From a virus (taxonomy: Duplodnaviria; Caudoviricetes): a DNA stretch of 64,000 nucleotides. The DNA is taken from the IMG/VR virus record IMGVR_UViG_3300046710_000146, positions 1 to 64,000 of that record; one strand, written 5' to 3'. Positions 30,289 through 40,055 of the stretch are shown one piece after another (position 1 is the stretch's first letter; each line of letters begins with the position of its first letter). The notes under the pieces were generated by a model. That model was given only the letters and a program-made list of their open reading frames with translations, ran no database searches and was not told the DNA's origin. Position numbers and translations under genes: made by a program.

Positions 30289-31027
30289 GGTCACGTTCAA
30301 TGTGAACGTTTCCGGTACTGCAGCTACCCCGAGCGTGCGGTGCCTGATTGGCGAGCATCCATCATTATCATTTCCCGCAACCAAGCTTTCGAATGATGAG
30401 TGGGAGGTCATCATCGATCTGCCTGCTGGCACCAAGCCAGGAGCGCATCCATTCAAGGTGGAGGTGCTGTTGAATGGTCGGTTGTTTACGCCAATCAACT
30501 ACTCAATCGATGTTTCTGCTGATGACGCAGTGAACGCGGTGGAACCAGTTCAGGTGGTGGCACCAGTTCAGGTGGCACAGGTAGAGCCAGTTCAGAGTGT
30601 TCCAGTTCCAGTTCAGGATACTCCTAAGTCGAACCTTATGTCGATGGTTTCAAAGATCACAGAACCAGAGCCAACACCAAATATCGCCGTTTCTGAACGT
30701 ACGGATGTCGCTGTTCACGACAGTGAACCAGCTGTAAAAGCTGAAGCTAAACCTATCAAGCGCCCTAAGCCTGCCGCGGCCAAACCAACACCAATTGAAA
30801 TCCCGCCATCAAAAATGAATGGCCTTGAAAAGCTTGCCAAGACCCCAGTGTTCTCTAAGCCTAAGCCAGTCATTGAAGCCAAGCATGTAAAAATAAGCAT
30901 GCTTGACATTGCAAATGAGGTTAATAAGAATGCAGCCCCCGTGGTTGCAAAGCCAAAGCCTATTCAAGAGGCCCGTGTTCAATCTATTCCTGTGTCCCTC
31001 ACTAAGGGCACCGTGATCTACCGATAA
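30263..31027 (+). CDS. hypothetical protein, beta-rich N-terminus plus Pro/Val/Lys-rich linker
   Basis: 254-aa ORF; CCAGTTCAG (PVQ) micro-repeats at about 30544-30616. Confidence 0.75.
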   Translation: MLSLSTSNKVTFNVNVSGTAATPSVRCLIGEHPSLSFPATKLSNDEWEVIIDLPAGTKPGAHPFKVEVLLNGRLFTPINYSIDVSADDAVNAVEPVQVVAPVQVAQVEPVQSVPVPVQDTPKSNLMSMVSKITEPEPTPNIAVSERTDVAVHDSEPAVKAEAKPIKRPKPAAAKPTPIEIPPSKMNGLEKLAKTPVFSKPKPVIEAKHVKISMLDIANEVNKNAAPVVAKPKPIQEARVQSIPVSLTKGTVIYR

Positions 31028-31039
31028 AGAGAGACCCAT

Positions 31040-31231
31040 ATGAAAAGCTACAGCAATGATGCAATCACAAGAGATGAACTGAACCTAGTTGACCAGTCAG
31101 TTTCAGCTGCTCATCAAGCAGTTTCATTTGTTGATCAAAAGCAGACCCGCCAAATTGTTATGCTGCGCTGGGCGATCGGGTTGTCATTTGTAGTGAACGC
31201 GCTTCTCGCAGTCGCAATGCGCTTCGTGTAA
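31040..31231 (+). CDS. small protein with C-terminal TM helix
   Basis: GAGAG SD, hydrophobic C-terminus. Confidence 0.65.
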   Translation: MKSYSNDAITRDELNLVDQSVSAAHQAVSFVDQKQTRQIVMLRWAIGLSFVVNALLAVAMRFV

Positions 31232-31253
31232 CAGGCATTAGCCGACAGATAGC

Positions 31254-31301
31254 GTTACACTTCTGTCAGGTTGTTACATGTTCGCGTGATACAATGCGAA
31301 C
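31254..31301 (+). promoter_or_regulatory. GTTACA-repeat promoter, leaderless
   Basis: GTTACA 31254 and 31273, TGaTACAAT (TACAAT 31290), ATG 31302. Confidence 0.7.
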
Positions 31302-32444
31302 ATGCAAAATACTCTATTCCCCGAAATCAAGCACATCAATGATCTTCTGCCGTTCGTGCAGGGGAACTCACAGATCCGCGTGAAGCTGTGTGAATCAACC
31401 GGGCACACCGTCGTCTGCTACATGGTGCAGGATGAAGATACCTTCGCTGGTGAACATGAGCACTACGAGCGTGAATGCCGTGGTATCACGTTCGGCCCAG
31501 ATGGCACGGTGTCATCTCGCACGATGCACAAGTTCTTCAACATTGGTCAGCGTGAAGATGTTGAAGCGCATAACATTCACTGGCAAGACGTTGATCGGAT
31601 CATGGAGAAGCGTGACGGATCGATGATCACCCCGGTTCTCGTGAACGGCTTGGTGAAGTGCAAGACCAAGAAGTCCTTCACCACGAAGGAGGCGACGCTG
31701 GCTGATGAGTTGTTGGCGATGAATGACAGATATAACTGGGTGAAGAAGCTCTTGCAGGACGGGTTCACTCCGACGTTCGAGATCACCACACCACGATACC
31801 CAATCGTGGTGTTGTACAAGACAGATGAGCTCACGCTACTGCACATCCGTGAAAATATCTCCGGTCGGTATCTGACTGAACGCGAGATCATGGGCATGAC
31901 TCCGCCGTTCCCGGTCGTTGAGAACCAGATGCAGAAGTTCACGGCACTTGGGGTGCCAGCGAACATCGTGTCATGGGACCTGTTGAAGAAGTACGCCGAG
32001 GAAACTGAAGGTGTTGAAGGGTTGGTGATCCAGTTCAAGAACGGCGACATGGTGAAGTGCAAGACCAAATGGTACTGTGATCTGCATCATGCGGTAACCT
32101 TCACCCGATGGCGTGACATCGCTCGTGCGGTTGTTGCCGACAAATCGGATGATCTGAAGGGTGCATTTGCCTTGACTGGCCGCTCGATCGAGCCGATCAT
32201 CCAAGTTGAACACAAGATCGCTCAGCGCATTCGCGTTGTTGAGAATGCGGTGGAGCAGCACGTTGGGAACGGCCGAGTGCTGAATCGCACGCCCAAGGAC
32301 ATGGCCCTGGCGCTGCGTGATCATGAGCTGTTCGGGCTGATCATGCGCGCCTTCCGTGATCAAGAGGTGAACTACATGGAGTTCTACGAGAAGAACTACC
32401 TTGATCTTGACTGGTCGTTAGAGGTTGTTGGAGAAGAACAATGA
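31302..32444 (+). CDS. RNA ligase, T4 Rnl1-like
   Basis: ECRGI.F, KFFN, EKRDGS, TFE, EGLVI and VKCKTKWY. Confidence 0.9.
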   Translation: MQNTLFPEIKHINDLLPFVQGNSQIRVKLCESTGHTVVCYMVQDEDTFAGEHEHYERECRGITFGPDGTVSSRTMHKFFNIGQREDVEAHNIHWQDVDRIMEKRDGSMITPVLVNGLVKCKTKKSFTTKEATLADELLAMNDRYNWVKKLLQDGFTPTFEITTPRYPIVVLYKTDELTLLHIRENISGRYLTEREIMGMTPPFPVVENQMQKFTALGVPANIVSWDLLKKYAEETEGVEGLVIQFKNGDMVKCKTKWYCDLHHAVTFTRWRDIARAVVADKSDDLKGAFALTGRSIEPIIQVEHKIAQRIRVVENAVEQHVGNGRVLNRTPKDMALALRDHELFGLIMRAFRDQEVNYMEFYEKNYLDLDWSLEVVGEEQ

Positions 32445-32629
32445 AGTTCAAAATGACCCCAGCCCGTTGGCTGTTCATCGTGAGTACGATTTACTTCGTT
32501 ATTGGCATGGGCAACATCTTCATCTACCACTTCACTAAGACTGAGATCATTCAGGTCGTGTGGGTGATCATCTTGAGCATGCCGCTTTATGTTCCCCCAT
32601 TGGGGCGTTGGGTAGGGTTGAAGTTCTAA
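32441..32629 (+). CDS. small membrane protein
   Basis: two TM segments, GGAG SD. Confidence 0.65.
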   Translation: MKFKMTPARWLFIVSTIYFVIGMGNIFIYHFTKTEIIQVVWVIILSMPLYVPPLGRWVGLKF

Positions 32630-33006
32630 TGCTCAACACGACACTTTATACTGGTTCTGGCTTTACAGCAGGGGCGGCGCTCTGCATCAGACGCCGCCTG
32701 TTCATTGCTGGTTGGGATCTTCTACCAACCTTGCAGCGCCTGAAGATGAACCCTCGTGAAAGCCGCCTTGCGGTTGGGTTCATAGATCAGACTCCAGTAG
32801 CGCTCGCGTTGTTCGAAAAAGCAGACAGGATGGTGATGGCGTTCTGCCGCAAGGATGCACGCCGGAATGGGTACGGCTCCGCGTGCGTGCAGGCACTGAA
32901 ACTCACGTTCGATGAGCATGGTTGGGCAGGTGAAGGCATTCAAGGTACGCATCTATTCTGGCAGAAGAACTGGGTACTTGTTAGCAGGCGCACGCGCTTC
33001 ATGTGA
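32629..33006 (+). CDS. GNAT-like acetyltransferase
   Basis: FCRKDARRNGYGS (R/QxxGxG) and FW near the C-terminus. Confidence 0.6.
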   Translation: MLNTTLYTGSGFTAGAALCIRRRLFIAGWDLLPTLQRLKMNPRESRLAVGFIDQTPVALALFEKADRMVMAFCRKDARRNGYGSACVQALKLTFDEHGWAGEGIQGTHLFWQKNWVLVSRRTRFM

Positions 33007-33010
33007 CATT

Positions 33011-33325
33011 ATGAGCCACTATGATGCATATGTGCGTGGCGACTGGGACCATGAGCGGCAAGATTATGTCTCTGGTCGAAAATATGGGAAACCCATGGGC
33101 CCAAATGCGCCACATATTCCAAATGGCGCGGAGCGGAAAGAGCTTGCACGGATCATGCAGCGATCTGGTCTGACTGAGGAAGAGGTGCGCCTGAATAAGG
33201 TTCACCGCATTGCACTGGCTAAGGCTAGAAAAGAACCAACCCGGTCAGGCACAACCGATCGCGTGAAGCTTGCACTAAAGCGCAAGGCTAGAAAAGCAAG
33301 GAACGCTGAAGTTCCACCGCTCTAA
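33011..33325 (+). CDS. basic hypothetical protein
   Basis: ATG 33011 follows the upstream stop. Confidence 0.65.
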   Translation: MSHYDAYVRGDWDHERQDYVSGRKYGKPMGPNAPHIPNGAERKELARIMQRSGLTEEEVRLNKVHRIALAKARKEPTRSGTTDRVKLALKRKARKARNAEVPPL

Positions 33326-33352
33326 AGGTGCCCAGCTGCACCAGAAACAAAA

Positions 33353-33372
33353 CCGGGACCCTAGGGTCCCGG
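33353..33372. terminator. perfect 20-bp palindrome between convergent genes
   Basis: CCGGGACCCTAGGGTCCCGG with an A-tract on the left. Confidence 0.75.
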
Positions 33373-33391
33373 ACCTGTAAGGTACTACAGC

Positions 33392-34144
33392 TTATGCTCG
33401 ACGTTTCACCAGGCCACCCTTCGTGGCAAGTTCATCTGGTCCGTCCAGATAGGTCAGGAGCTCTTTGACGAGCTCGGAACGTTGAATATCGCGATGTGAA
33501 AATTCAATCACGTTGATCATGCTCGAGCGGCCACGGAGTCGACGTACCAACCACTCCAAACCATTCTCTGGAATGCCACGTAGATCAGACTGTGTGACAT
33601 CACCATTTACCACGAATGTCGAGTAGTTACCTGCTCGCGTGACAAAAAGCTTGATTTGTTCAATGGTGGTGTTTTGCGCTTCGTCGAGAATGACATACGC
33701 GTTGTTGAACGTTCGGCCTCGCATGTACGCGAGTGGCGCAAACTCAATCTTCTCATTATCCATGAGCTTCTTTGCCATGGTCGGACCAACCAGCTCCTCG
33801 AGTGCATCGAGCAGTGGCAGAAGATACGGGCTGATCTTCTCTTCAAAGGTCCCTGGAAGGAACCCTAAACTTTCTCCAGCCTCGCACACGGGACGTGTCA
33901 AGACGATCTTGGAGACCTCATTGCTCAGTAGCTTCTCAATGCCAACGGCCATGGCGAGAAAAGATTTACCGGCTCCGGCTGGCCCTGTTCCAATCGTGAG
34001 TCTTGAGTCACGAAGAGAGTCAAGGTAGTACTCTTGCGCGGGGGTCTTTGCCTGTGGGGTGAATTTCAGCTTGATTACTTTTGGCCCTTCTACGTTGATT
34101 GGTTGGGGGTATTTGTTGTCACGGTGCAGTATCTTACGACCCAT
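33392..34144 (-). CDS. phoH: PhoH-like ATPase
   Basis: GPAGAGKS, LGFLPG, YMRGRTF, ILDEAQN and GDVTQSD; AGGAGG SD before ATG 34144. Confidence 0.93.
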   Translation of the reverse strand: MGRKILHRDNKYPQPINVEGPKVIKLKFTPQAKTPAQEYYLDSLRDSRLTIGTGPAGAGKSFLAMAVGIEKLLSNEVSKIVLTRPVCEAGESLGFLPGTFEEKISPYLLPLLDALEELVGPTMAKKLMDNEKIEFAPLAYMRGRTFNNAYVILDEAQNTTIEQIKLFVTRAGNYSTFVVNGDVTQSDLRGIPENGLEWLVRRLRGRSSMINVIEFSHRDIQRSELVKELLTYLDGPDELATKGGLVKRRA

Positions 34145-34174
34145 GGATCCTCCTACAGGATGGGTTGTTACGAA

Positions 34175-34204
34175 CGTCAAGTGGGGATGAACCCCCACTT
34201 GACG
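34175..34204. other. 12-bp stem-loop in the phoH 5' region
   Basis: CGTCAAGTGGGG-ATGAAC-CCCCACTTGACG. Confidence 0.75.
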
Positions 34205-34349
34205 GGCCTGATTAGTCAGCGGGGCGGCAGATGTTTGCTGTGCAACGTTTATGTATGCACCTTTAGGTAGGAATATGCCCTTGACATCCTCGAGAACAGC
34301 GGCGACGTGATGCGCCGTTGGAGAGCTTGGAGCGCAGATGCGCATGTTC

Positions 34350-34715
34350 TTAGTACTGTTTGCCGAGGACGAAGTGCATCCAGTCCACTGGAGACTGGTC
34401 ACGGTTCCAAAGCAGGCTCTCACCAGCAGCGGTGCAATCAAGCAGATATGTCGCGAGCTTCACATGCTCAGCGTCGCTCAATGCTAACAGCGCTTCTTTC
34501 ATGGCAGATGAGGTACCCTGATCATTGAACGAGACAGGATTTTCAAGATAAAGATCGACACTCTTACAGCCGTTCTTGAAGAATGAGCTCAGGTGTCCAA
34601 GCACAAACAACTGGTACGGGTTCGTGACCTTGCCAGCTGAAATGATCTCTTTGAGAGTCAGATCAACTAGCCGCGTTGCGTGTTGTTCGTACAGAACCGA
34701 TTGTAAGAGCTTCAT
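34350..34715 (-). CDS. late hypothetical protein, candidate head-packaged protein
   Basis: GCTAAATA at 34750-34743; N-terminal MKLLQSVLYE. Confidence 0.7.
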   Translation of the reverse strand: MKLLQSVLYEQHATRLVDLTLKEIISAGKVTNPYQLFVLGHLSSFFKNGCKSVDLYLENPVSFNDQGTSSAMKEALLALSDAEHVKLATYLLDCTAAGESLLWNRDQSPVDWMHFVLGKQY

Positions 34716-34806
34716 GGGTCAACCCAATATGTTGTTGTGACTTATTTAGCCACTGTAGCCGGTCGTTCTAAGTACTGTATGACCTTATGACTACGGGAGA
34801 ACTTAA

Positions 34807-35019
34807 ATGTGGGTTGATCAACAAGAAACGCCGATGGTGCCAGCAACTGAATGGGGTGGGCTGTCGTACAACCAAATGTTGGATACGAAGAACCAGCTGT
34901 TGAACAAGCTCAGCATGGCCCGAGGAAACCCAGCATATACGAAGCCAATTGGGGAAGCACTCAAGCGGATCGAGGTTTTGCTCGCTGTGAAGCTGCATGA
35001 CCCTCGCGGCCTTTCTTAA
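34807..35019 (+). CDS. hypothetical protein
   Basis: GGGAG SD. Confidence 0.65.
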   Translation: MWVDQQETPMVPATEWGGLSYNQMLDTKNQLLNKLSMARGNPAYTKPIGEALKRIEVLLAVKLHDPRGLS

Positions 35020-35023
35020 GCGG

Positions 35024-35950
35024 CTAGGCTAGCCGCATAAATGATGGGTCCTTCTTAATGTCATAAGCGGTTCGACCTGTTTTCTTACAGGCTTCTGTCA
35101 GGCCATAGTATTGCACGCCTCGAACTCGCACTGGCTTCGACTTCTGGCGCTTCTCTGCTTCTGTCGCCGCCTTACCTTTACGAGGGCTAATTCGCCCGAT
35201 GGATGCCACTGAAAGTTTAGCCCTCGTCTCACTAGAGAGGTGGCGACCTGTAGCGAGCACTCGTAATTTTTGACGCTGTTCTTCCGACATAGGAGTTCGC
35301 GTCTTTGGTTTCCAACGCGTAGAATCGTCCAATGATCCATCTTCATTAACAAGGCAAAATGTAGGAAGCTTCCTTAAGGCGTGTTTTGACGGAAGGTTCA
35401 ATTTTTTGATAGCATCCCGCATGGTGTCGTAAACAGTTCCATCAACAATGCACTGTTTAGCTGAAGGGTTGAGTGCACCAGTCTTTGAAATAGAATAGTT
35501 CGCCTTCTGATCGTTGGATCGTGCACCAGTAGAAACGCCCATTCTCGCCGCCGAGATTTTGGCACGGTGAGCGTCACTTATAATCATGCCAGTCATCTGT
35601 TCTTTAGTTGCTTCTGCCTTTAGCTTTCTTGATTCAGCAAACTGTCTAGATGTTGGAACGTGTCTTAGCCCACCGGAGCCGCGAACACAAAATTGCCATA
35701 GTGCGTGGCACATCTTCCGGTTGTCGGGCCCTGTCGTCATTCGCACCAATAGAAGATGGGCGAGGAAATGCTCTCGCCCAGTTAGCAAAACGAGATTTGA
35801 CCCGAGACCGCCGCCCATTGATTTTGGCACCGCGTGATGCACCTCGTAATAGGTGCCCTGACCCTTCTTACGTGGTTCACTGCGTGCTTTTTCAATAAGC
35901 CTAGCATAGTAGCGTGAGTACTTGTTATCTCTAAATAAGAACATCTTCAT
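35024..35950 (-). mobile_element. free-standing HNH homing endonuclease with NUMOD3-like repeats
   Basis: YYEVHHAVPKSMGG...NLVLLTGREHFLAH; SDAHRAKIS and SSETRAKLS repeats. Confidence 0.85.
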
Positions 35951-36014
35951 CAATCATAGCTGGCGATGAAGATATTTATGTGTTTCAGCCAGCGGAACCT
36001 AAGGAGTTCATCCC

Positions 36015-38093
36015 GTGTATAATTTATTTTGGCGTTCGCCAGCTCTTCCGTTTGTCCAAAAGCAGACCCCCATCCTAGTACCAGCCGGTGCAATTGTTTC
36101 AACTGCCTCGTCACTTCGGTTCACGGGTAAGGGTGCAACGAACTATGGCAAGGTCCAGCAGGAGAACCTGCTCCGATTACTCGAGAACTTCGCGGGTGAT
36201 GCATCTCCTGATTACCCAACGGTTGGGCAGGTCTGGTTTGATACTCTTGAGGGGGTGCTCAAGGTCTGCGTGAACACCTCACCGGGGCCAACGCTCTGGC
36301 AGCAGCTGAACAGCACGCAGGTCACCCCGCCTGGTGCACCGCCCCCAACAACGGCAACGCTTGGTGACTCTTGGTTCTCTCAGACTGGATCGGCATCGGG
36401 TGTCCTATATGTTTACACTGGCATCGGCCGCTATCCACAGGTTGATTGGGACGCGACCGCTGCTGGATACTGGCCAGCCCCTGCAACATTCGATCTTCAG
36501 GTCATTCTGAATGCACAGGTGTTCGGTCCTGCGAACACGAACTTCAATGAAATGTACATTCACGGCACAACGGCTGGGCTCCCTGCTGATGTGGCTGGTA
36601 GCGTGTTGCTCGATGGGGTGCAGACCGTCGTGCCGGCCGGGTTTGCCGGCGTGAACTACGCCGTTACTGATGGGCTTATTGTTGTTGACCCAACGGCGAC
36701 GATGACGAGCACCGCAGCCGGGCAGGCGTACTTTGTGGTCCGCCGATTTGACGACGGGCGCTGGTTCTACGATAATCACACCACTCAAGTCGAGTTCGTA
36801 CCAACTGCCGCAATGTACGCAATTGGGGTCTGCACGATCACTGAACAAGACGACCAGAACGCTCCTGGCGTGGTTGCCGCAACGATGTGGTCAGCGGCAA
36901 AGCGGCTGACGAACATCACCCAAGCTGCAGGCGCCATGGTCGCAGGCGCAATCGGGGGCTGGGAACAAGTATGGCCAACCGTTGAAGTTGCTGGTGGCCG
37001 TCTTGAGTACGAATATTTGTACAGCCAGCTGGCATCCTTGATTGGCGACCCAATCGTCTTTGGGGGTTCAGCCGCTGAAGGGAAGAGCATTCCGTATTTG
37101 ACGAACTTCCAAGTGCTGGACGCCAGCATGCAGGCAGCATACGCCACTCGGTTTCCAACTGACCAAAATGTTTTTGCGAACGGTACTCTAAATTCGCTGA
37201 AGGTCGCGCCAAACTCACAAGACTGGGATGCGTTGCTCTCCGCTTGCCGGTACGCGGTGAATAGACTTGAACTCCCAGTTGGTGCCGCTGATGACGTGGC
37301 AACCTATCCGTTCGTGCAAGATGATCTGCCAGGTAAGGCGATCGCGTTCACTGACATTCGTGCGCTGCCCGCAGCCCGCAAGGTGCGCACTCGTGTAGGA
37401 ACAATCACCCTCGTCTCGCAGTATCAGGAAACATCAAATGTGCTGCGCGCCGCGATCAACAATCGGTATGTTGGTAAAGGAATACTTGGTGCATCAGGAG
37501 TTGGAACACCCCTGCCAACGGTGGTCGCTACGAACCAAGCGTCGTACACCGCAAATGCAGCATCGTTCTCTGGGACCGTATCTCACGGGCTGGCATATCA
37601 ATTTGCGCACACGCACCCAGATCTTGAGGCGTTCTTCTATTCAGCTGGAGTTATTCAGCTCATGATGGCACACACCCCAAGCGGTTCACCCGCCGGTGCA
37701 GACGCAGCGCTGCAGTTGTTGACATCAACCTATGGACGAATTCGCATTGCTGCTGACAAAACATACGTGATGTCAACAGGCCCGATGCCAGCGCTTGTGT
37801 TGGTTCCAAATTCACTTGGGTTCAATAACTTTACTGCCGGTGGCGTGGTGTTGGCGTCGATAACAAGTGGAGCCTCAACAGTCGTGATTCGCGGAGTGCG
37901 TGAAAGCGCATGGGTCGTGTCAATCTATGTTGACATCACCGCTGGCGGAGCAACAACTGGCACGTTCAACGTTCTGTGGAGCTACATCGGTGACGCTGAG
38001 CAGTACAACAACCCAGGCCCAACCTTGGTTTATCCAGTTCCAGATGTGAACTCGACAGGTGTTCACAAGCGAGGATCGTTTTTGTTTGTGTAA
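36015..38093 (+). CDS. virion structural (baseplate/tail-associated) protein
   Basis: GKGATNYG..QQENLLRLLENFA...P..P..GQVWFD module; AAGGAG SD; TAAATA 35932. Confidence 0.7.
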   Translation: MYNLFWRSPALPFVQKQTPILVPAGAIVSTASSLRFTGKGATNYGKVQQENLLRLLENFAGDASPDYPTVGQVWFDTLEGVLKVCVNTSPGPTLWQQLNSTQVTPPGAPPPTTATLGDSWFSQTGSASGVLYVYTGIGRYPQVDWDATAAGYWPAPATFDLQVILNAQVFGPANTNFNEMYIHGTTAGLPADVAGSVLLDGVQTVVPAGFAGVNYAVTDGLIVVDPTATMTSTAAGQAYFVVRRFDDGRWFYDNHTTQVEFVPTAAMYAIGVCTITEQDDQNAPGVVAATMWSAAKRLTNITQAAGAMVAGAIGGWEQVWPTVEVAGGRLEYEYLYSQLASLIGDPIVFGGSAAEGKSIPYLTNFQVLDASMQAAYATRFPTDQNVFANGTLNSLKVAPNSQDWDALLSACRYAVNRLELPVGAADDVATYPFVQDDLPGKAIAFTDIRALPAARKVRTRVGTITLVSQYQETSNVLRAAINNRYVGKGILGASGVGTPLPTVVATNQASYTANAASFSGTVSHGLAYQFAHTHPDLEAFFYSAGVIQLMMAHTPSGSPAGADAALQLLTSTYGRIRIAADKTYVMSTGPMPALVLVPNSLGFNNFTAGGVVLASITSGASTVVIRGVRESAWVVSIYVDITAGGATTGTFNVLWSYIGDAEQYNNPGPTLVYPVPDVNSTGVHKRGSFLFV

Positions 38094-38107
38094 CCTATTA
38101 CTCAGGT

Positions 38108-38136
38108 TTTACACGGGGTTCATGGAAGGCTACAAT
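38108..38136 (+). promoter_or_regulatory. sigma70-like promoter
   Basis: TTTACA-N17-TACAAT. Confidence 0.7.
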
Positions 38137-38162
38137 ACACCTTAACCATAGGAGATTATTGA

Positions 38163-38447
38163 ATGAAGCGAACCCCCATCATAGCACCTGCACAGGTTTA
38201 TCTGCACAATGAACACAACGAGTATGTTGTGGTCACGAAGGTAAACCGAGGAGACATTCAGTTTAGGGGGAATGGGTTCTACGGGATGAATGAGTCAGAG
38301 CTTTTCCTTGAAAGATTCTCACCCGTTGATCCTGCTGACTTGACCACCGACGAAACGAATGAACTCACAATGTTCTTGGCCTCCCCTCAACCGCTTCTGG
38401 TTGGGTGGGTTACGCCAGACGACGATGAAGACGATTTTGAAGACTAG
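38163..38447 (+). CDS. hypothetical protein with acidic tail
   Basis: AGGAG SD. Confidence 0.75.
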   Translation: MKRTPIIAPAQVYLHNEHNEYVVVTKVNRGDIQFRGNGFYGMNESELFLERFSPVDPADLTTDETNELTMFLASPQPLLVGWVTPDDDEDDFED

Positions 38448-38455
38448 GAGGAGAC

Positions 38456-38956
38456 ATGGCAGGAAAGATTTTTAGTTCACGAGATGAAATTTCATTCGAT
38501 GCAACATTGAGTGACTTCGTTTTTCTTGTGCACGATGTCCTTGAAAAAGATGAAGAGCCGGCGGCTGGTATTGAAGACCTGTTGGCACAGCTTGATACTG
38601 GTCTTGTTGAAATTGCTGAGGCGTACCAGCATCTGCATGAGCTGTGTGCAGCTCTGGCGATGGATGTACTAACGCTGTCAGTACATAACGGCAAGATGCT
38701 GAATGAGCTTAAGGTGGCGTTGAGGGCATTGGAGGCGCTAGCAGCACCGCCAAATGGTCAACCATTCGAGAAGGCGCTTCTGATCTTGAAGCGCGAAGGC
38801 GAGCCAGACATCTCAGCGGCCTCAGTGAATCCAGCGGATCCAAATGAGATTGAGATGAATATACAGCTCACATTCACCGAGGAAAAACTTGCCGAAGCGC
38901 TGCGCATCGCGATTTCTGAGTACATTAACGAGACAGTCTTTGAAGCTCTAGACTGA
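38456..38956 (+). CDS. acidic hypothetical protein
   Basis: AGGAGG SD. Confidence 0.75.
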   Translation: MAGKIFSSRDEISFDATLSDFVFLVHDVLEKDEEPAAGIEDLLAQLDTGLVEIAEAYQHLHELCAALAMDVLTLSVHNGKMLNELKVALRALEALAAPPNGQPFEKALLILKREGEPDISAASVNPADPNEIEMNIQLTFTEEKLAEALRIAISEYINETVFEALD

Positions 38957-39430
38957 CATCTTCGTTCTCTCTTGCCGGGGCCTGGTATCTTTACCACGGC
39001 CCCGGCTTTGGTTTGAGATCATGAACCCAGGGTACATCTGCTTGTACGCATTGGCCGTTTCAGCCTCCCGTACTTGAGCTAACTTCCTTGTCTCAAATCC
39101 ACCTTCCAACGCGATCAGCTTGAACTTAAAGCCAAGTGCCCCATGCATGTACCGTGGATCATACAGATCACTCTTGCCATGCTTGGTCTTTACTGAGCAT
39201 CGTACGAATTCAGAGATGTGCTCGCTTAATCGTACACGCGGGTCACGCGCGGTTTCGCCAATGTAGTGAAACAGGATCTCGCGATCAGCATGAACAATTA
39301 GGACCTGAAACAGGTACACCGTGTGCTGCCCCGGAACGTGCTTACCGGTGTCTGCAGCTTGACTATGAGGTAACGCTAGAATGAATCGCTGCCATTCTGA
39401 CGCAAGTTCGTTTAAAGAGTGTGGGGTCAT
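38948..39430 (-). CDS. small stand-alone GIY-YIG-like nuclease
   Basis: TVYLF...HYIGET...RLSEH...E...N; AAGGA SD; minus-strand TACAAT at 39463-39458. Confidence 0.7.
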   Translation of the reverse strand: MTPHSLNELASEWQRFILALPHSQAADTGKHVPGQHTVYLFQVLIVHADREILFHYIGETARDPRVRLSEHISEFVRCSVKTKHGKSDLYDPRYMHGALGFKFKLIALEGGFETRKLAQVREAETANAYKQMYPGFMISNQSRGRGKDTRPRQERTKMSV

Positions 39431-39464
39431 TTCCGTCCTTGCTTCGACGGATATAGCATTGTAC

Positions 39465-39531
39465 GTTACAAGTTCCTTGATCGTTACAGAATCGTGGGAC
39501 CATCATCCTGAATTGGGTTTATAATTCACCC
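39465..39531 (+). promoter_or_regulatory. GTTACA-repeat promoter, leaderless
   Basis: GTTACA 39465 and 39483; TATAAT 39520; ATG 39532. Confidence 0.65.
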
Positions 39532-39885
39532 ATGAACACAAATGATCTTACCTTCCACGCAATGACCGATATCGTCGTCATTGGTACGAACCCCGAATGC
39601 GCTGATTACGGCAATCCAAGCGGTGATATTTTTGGTCACGCTGCGTATGTGGTCGCTGAAGATCACCGCGGTGAACGAGTTCGCTTGTTTATCAAATCTG
39701 CTCGCTATGAGGAAGATGCTCTTCCTCAAGCTCAACGTCAAGCCGAAGCGCTTACCGCTCGTTTCGCACGTGGTATGCTGCCAATTGCCTTTGACTGCTG
39801 GACCTCTACTTATCCCGCTTATGGTTCCCCTGCGTTCTCAAACGATGAGATGCACGAATGGGAAGTCTCTTTGGAGCAAGCATGA
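39532..39885 (+). CDS. hypothetical protein
   Basis: TATAAT-N6-ATG. Confidence 0.75.
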   Translation: MNTNDLTFHAMTDIVVIGTNPECADYGNPSGDIFGHAAYVVAEDHRGERVRLFIKSARYEEDALPQAQRQAEALTARFARGMLPIAFDCWTSTYPAYGSPAFSNDEMHEWEVSLEQA

Positions 39886-40055
39886 AAACCCCTCTCACTA
39901 CTCTTGAAGTCGGCATGCGCATCATCTGCATTGAGCACCCCGAATGGGGTACCTGGGTCGTGTCCAAGGACCGCAATGGTTGGGTGATCACCGCCTTTCC
40001 ACAGGGGTCGCGAATGCTTGACATCGCTGAAGCAAAATTTTGGAGACTTGCATGA
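39882..40055 (+). CDS. hypothetical protein
   Basis: GGAG SD, ATGA overlap. Confidence 0.65.
   Translation: MKTPLTTLEVGMRIICIEHPEWGTWVVSKDRNGWVITAFPQGSRMLDIAEAKFWRLA

Noticed and set aside
34145-34441. Extended 349-aa PhoH
   Set aside because: AGGAGG precedes ATG 34144; the extension overlaps gene 34350-34715 and a structured non-coding region.
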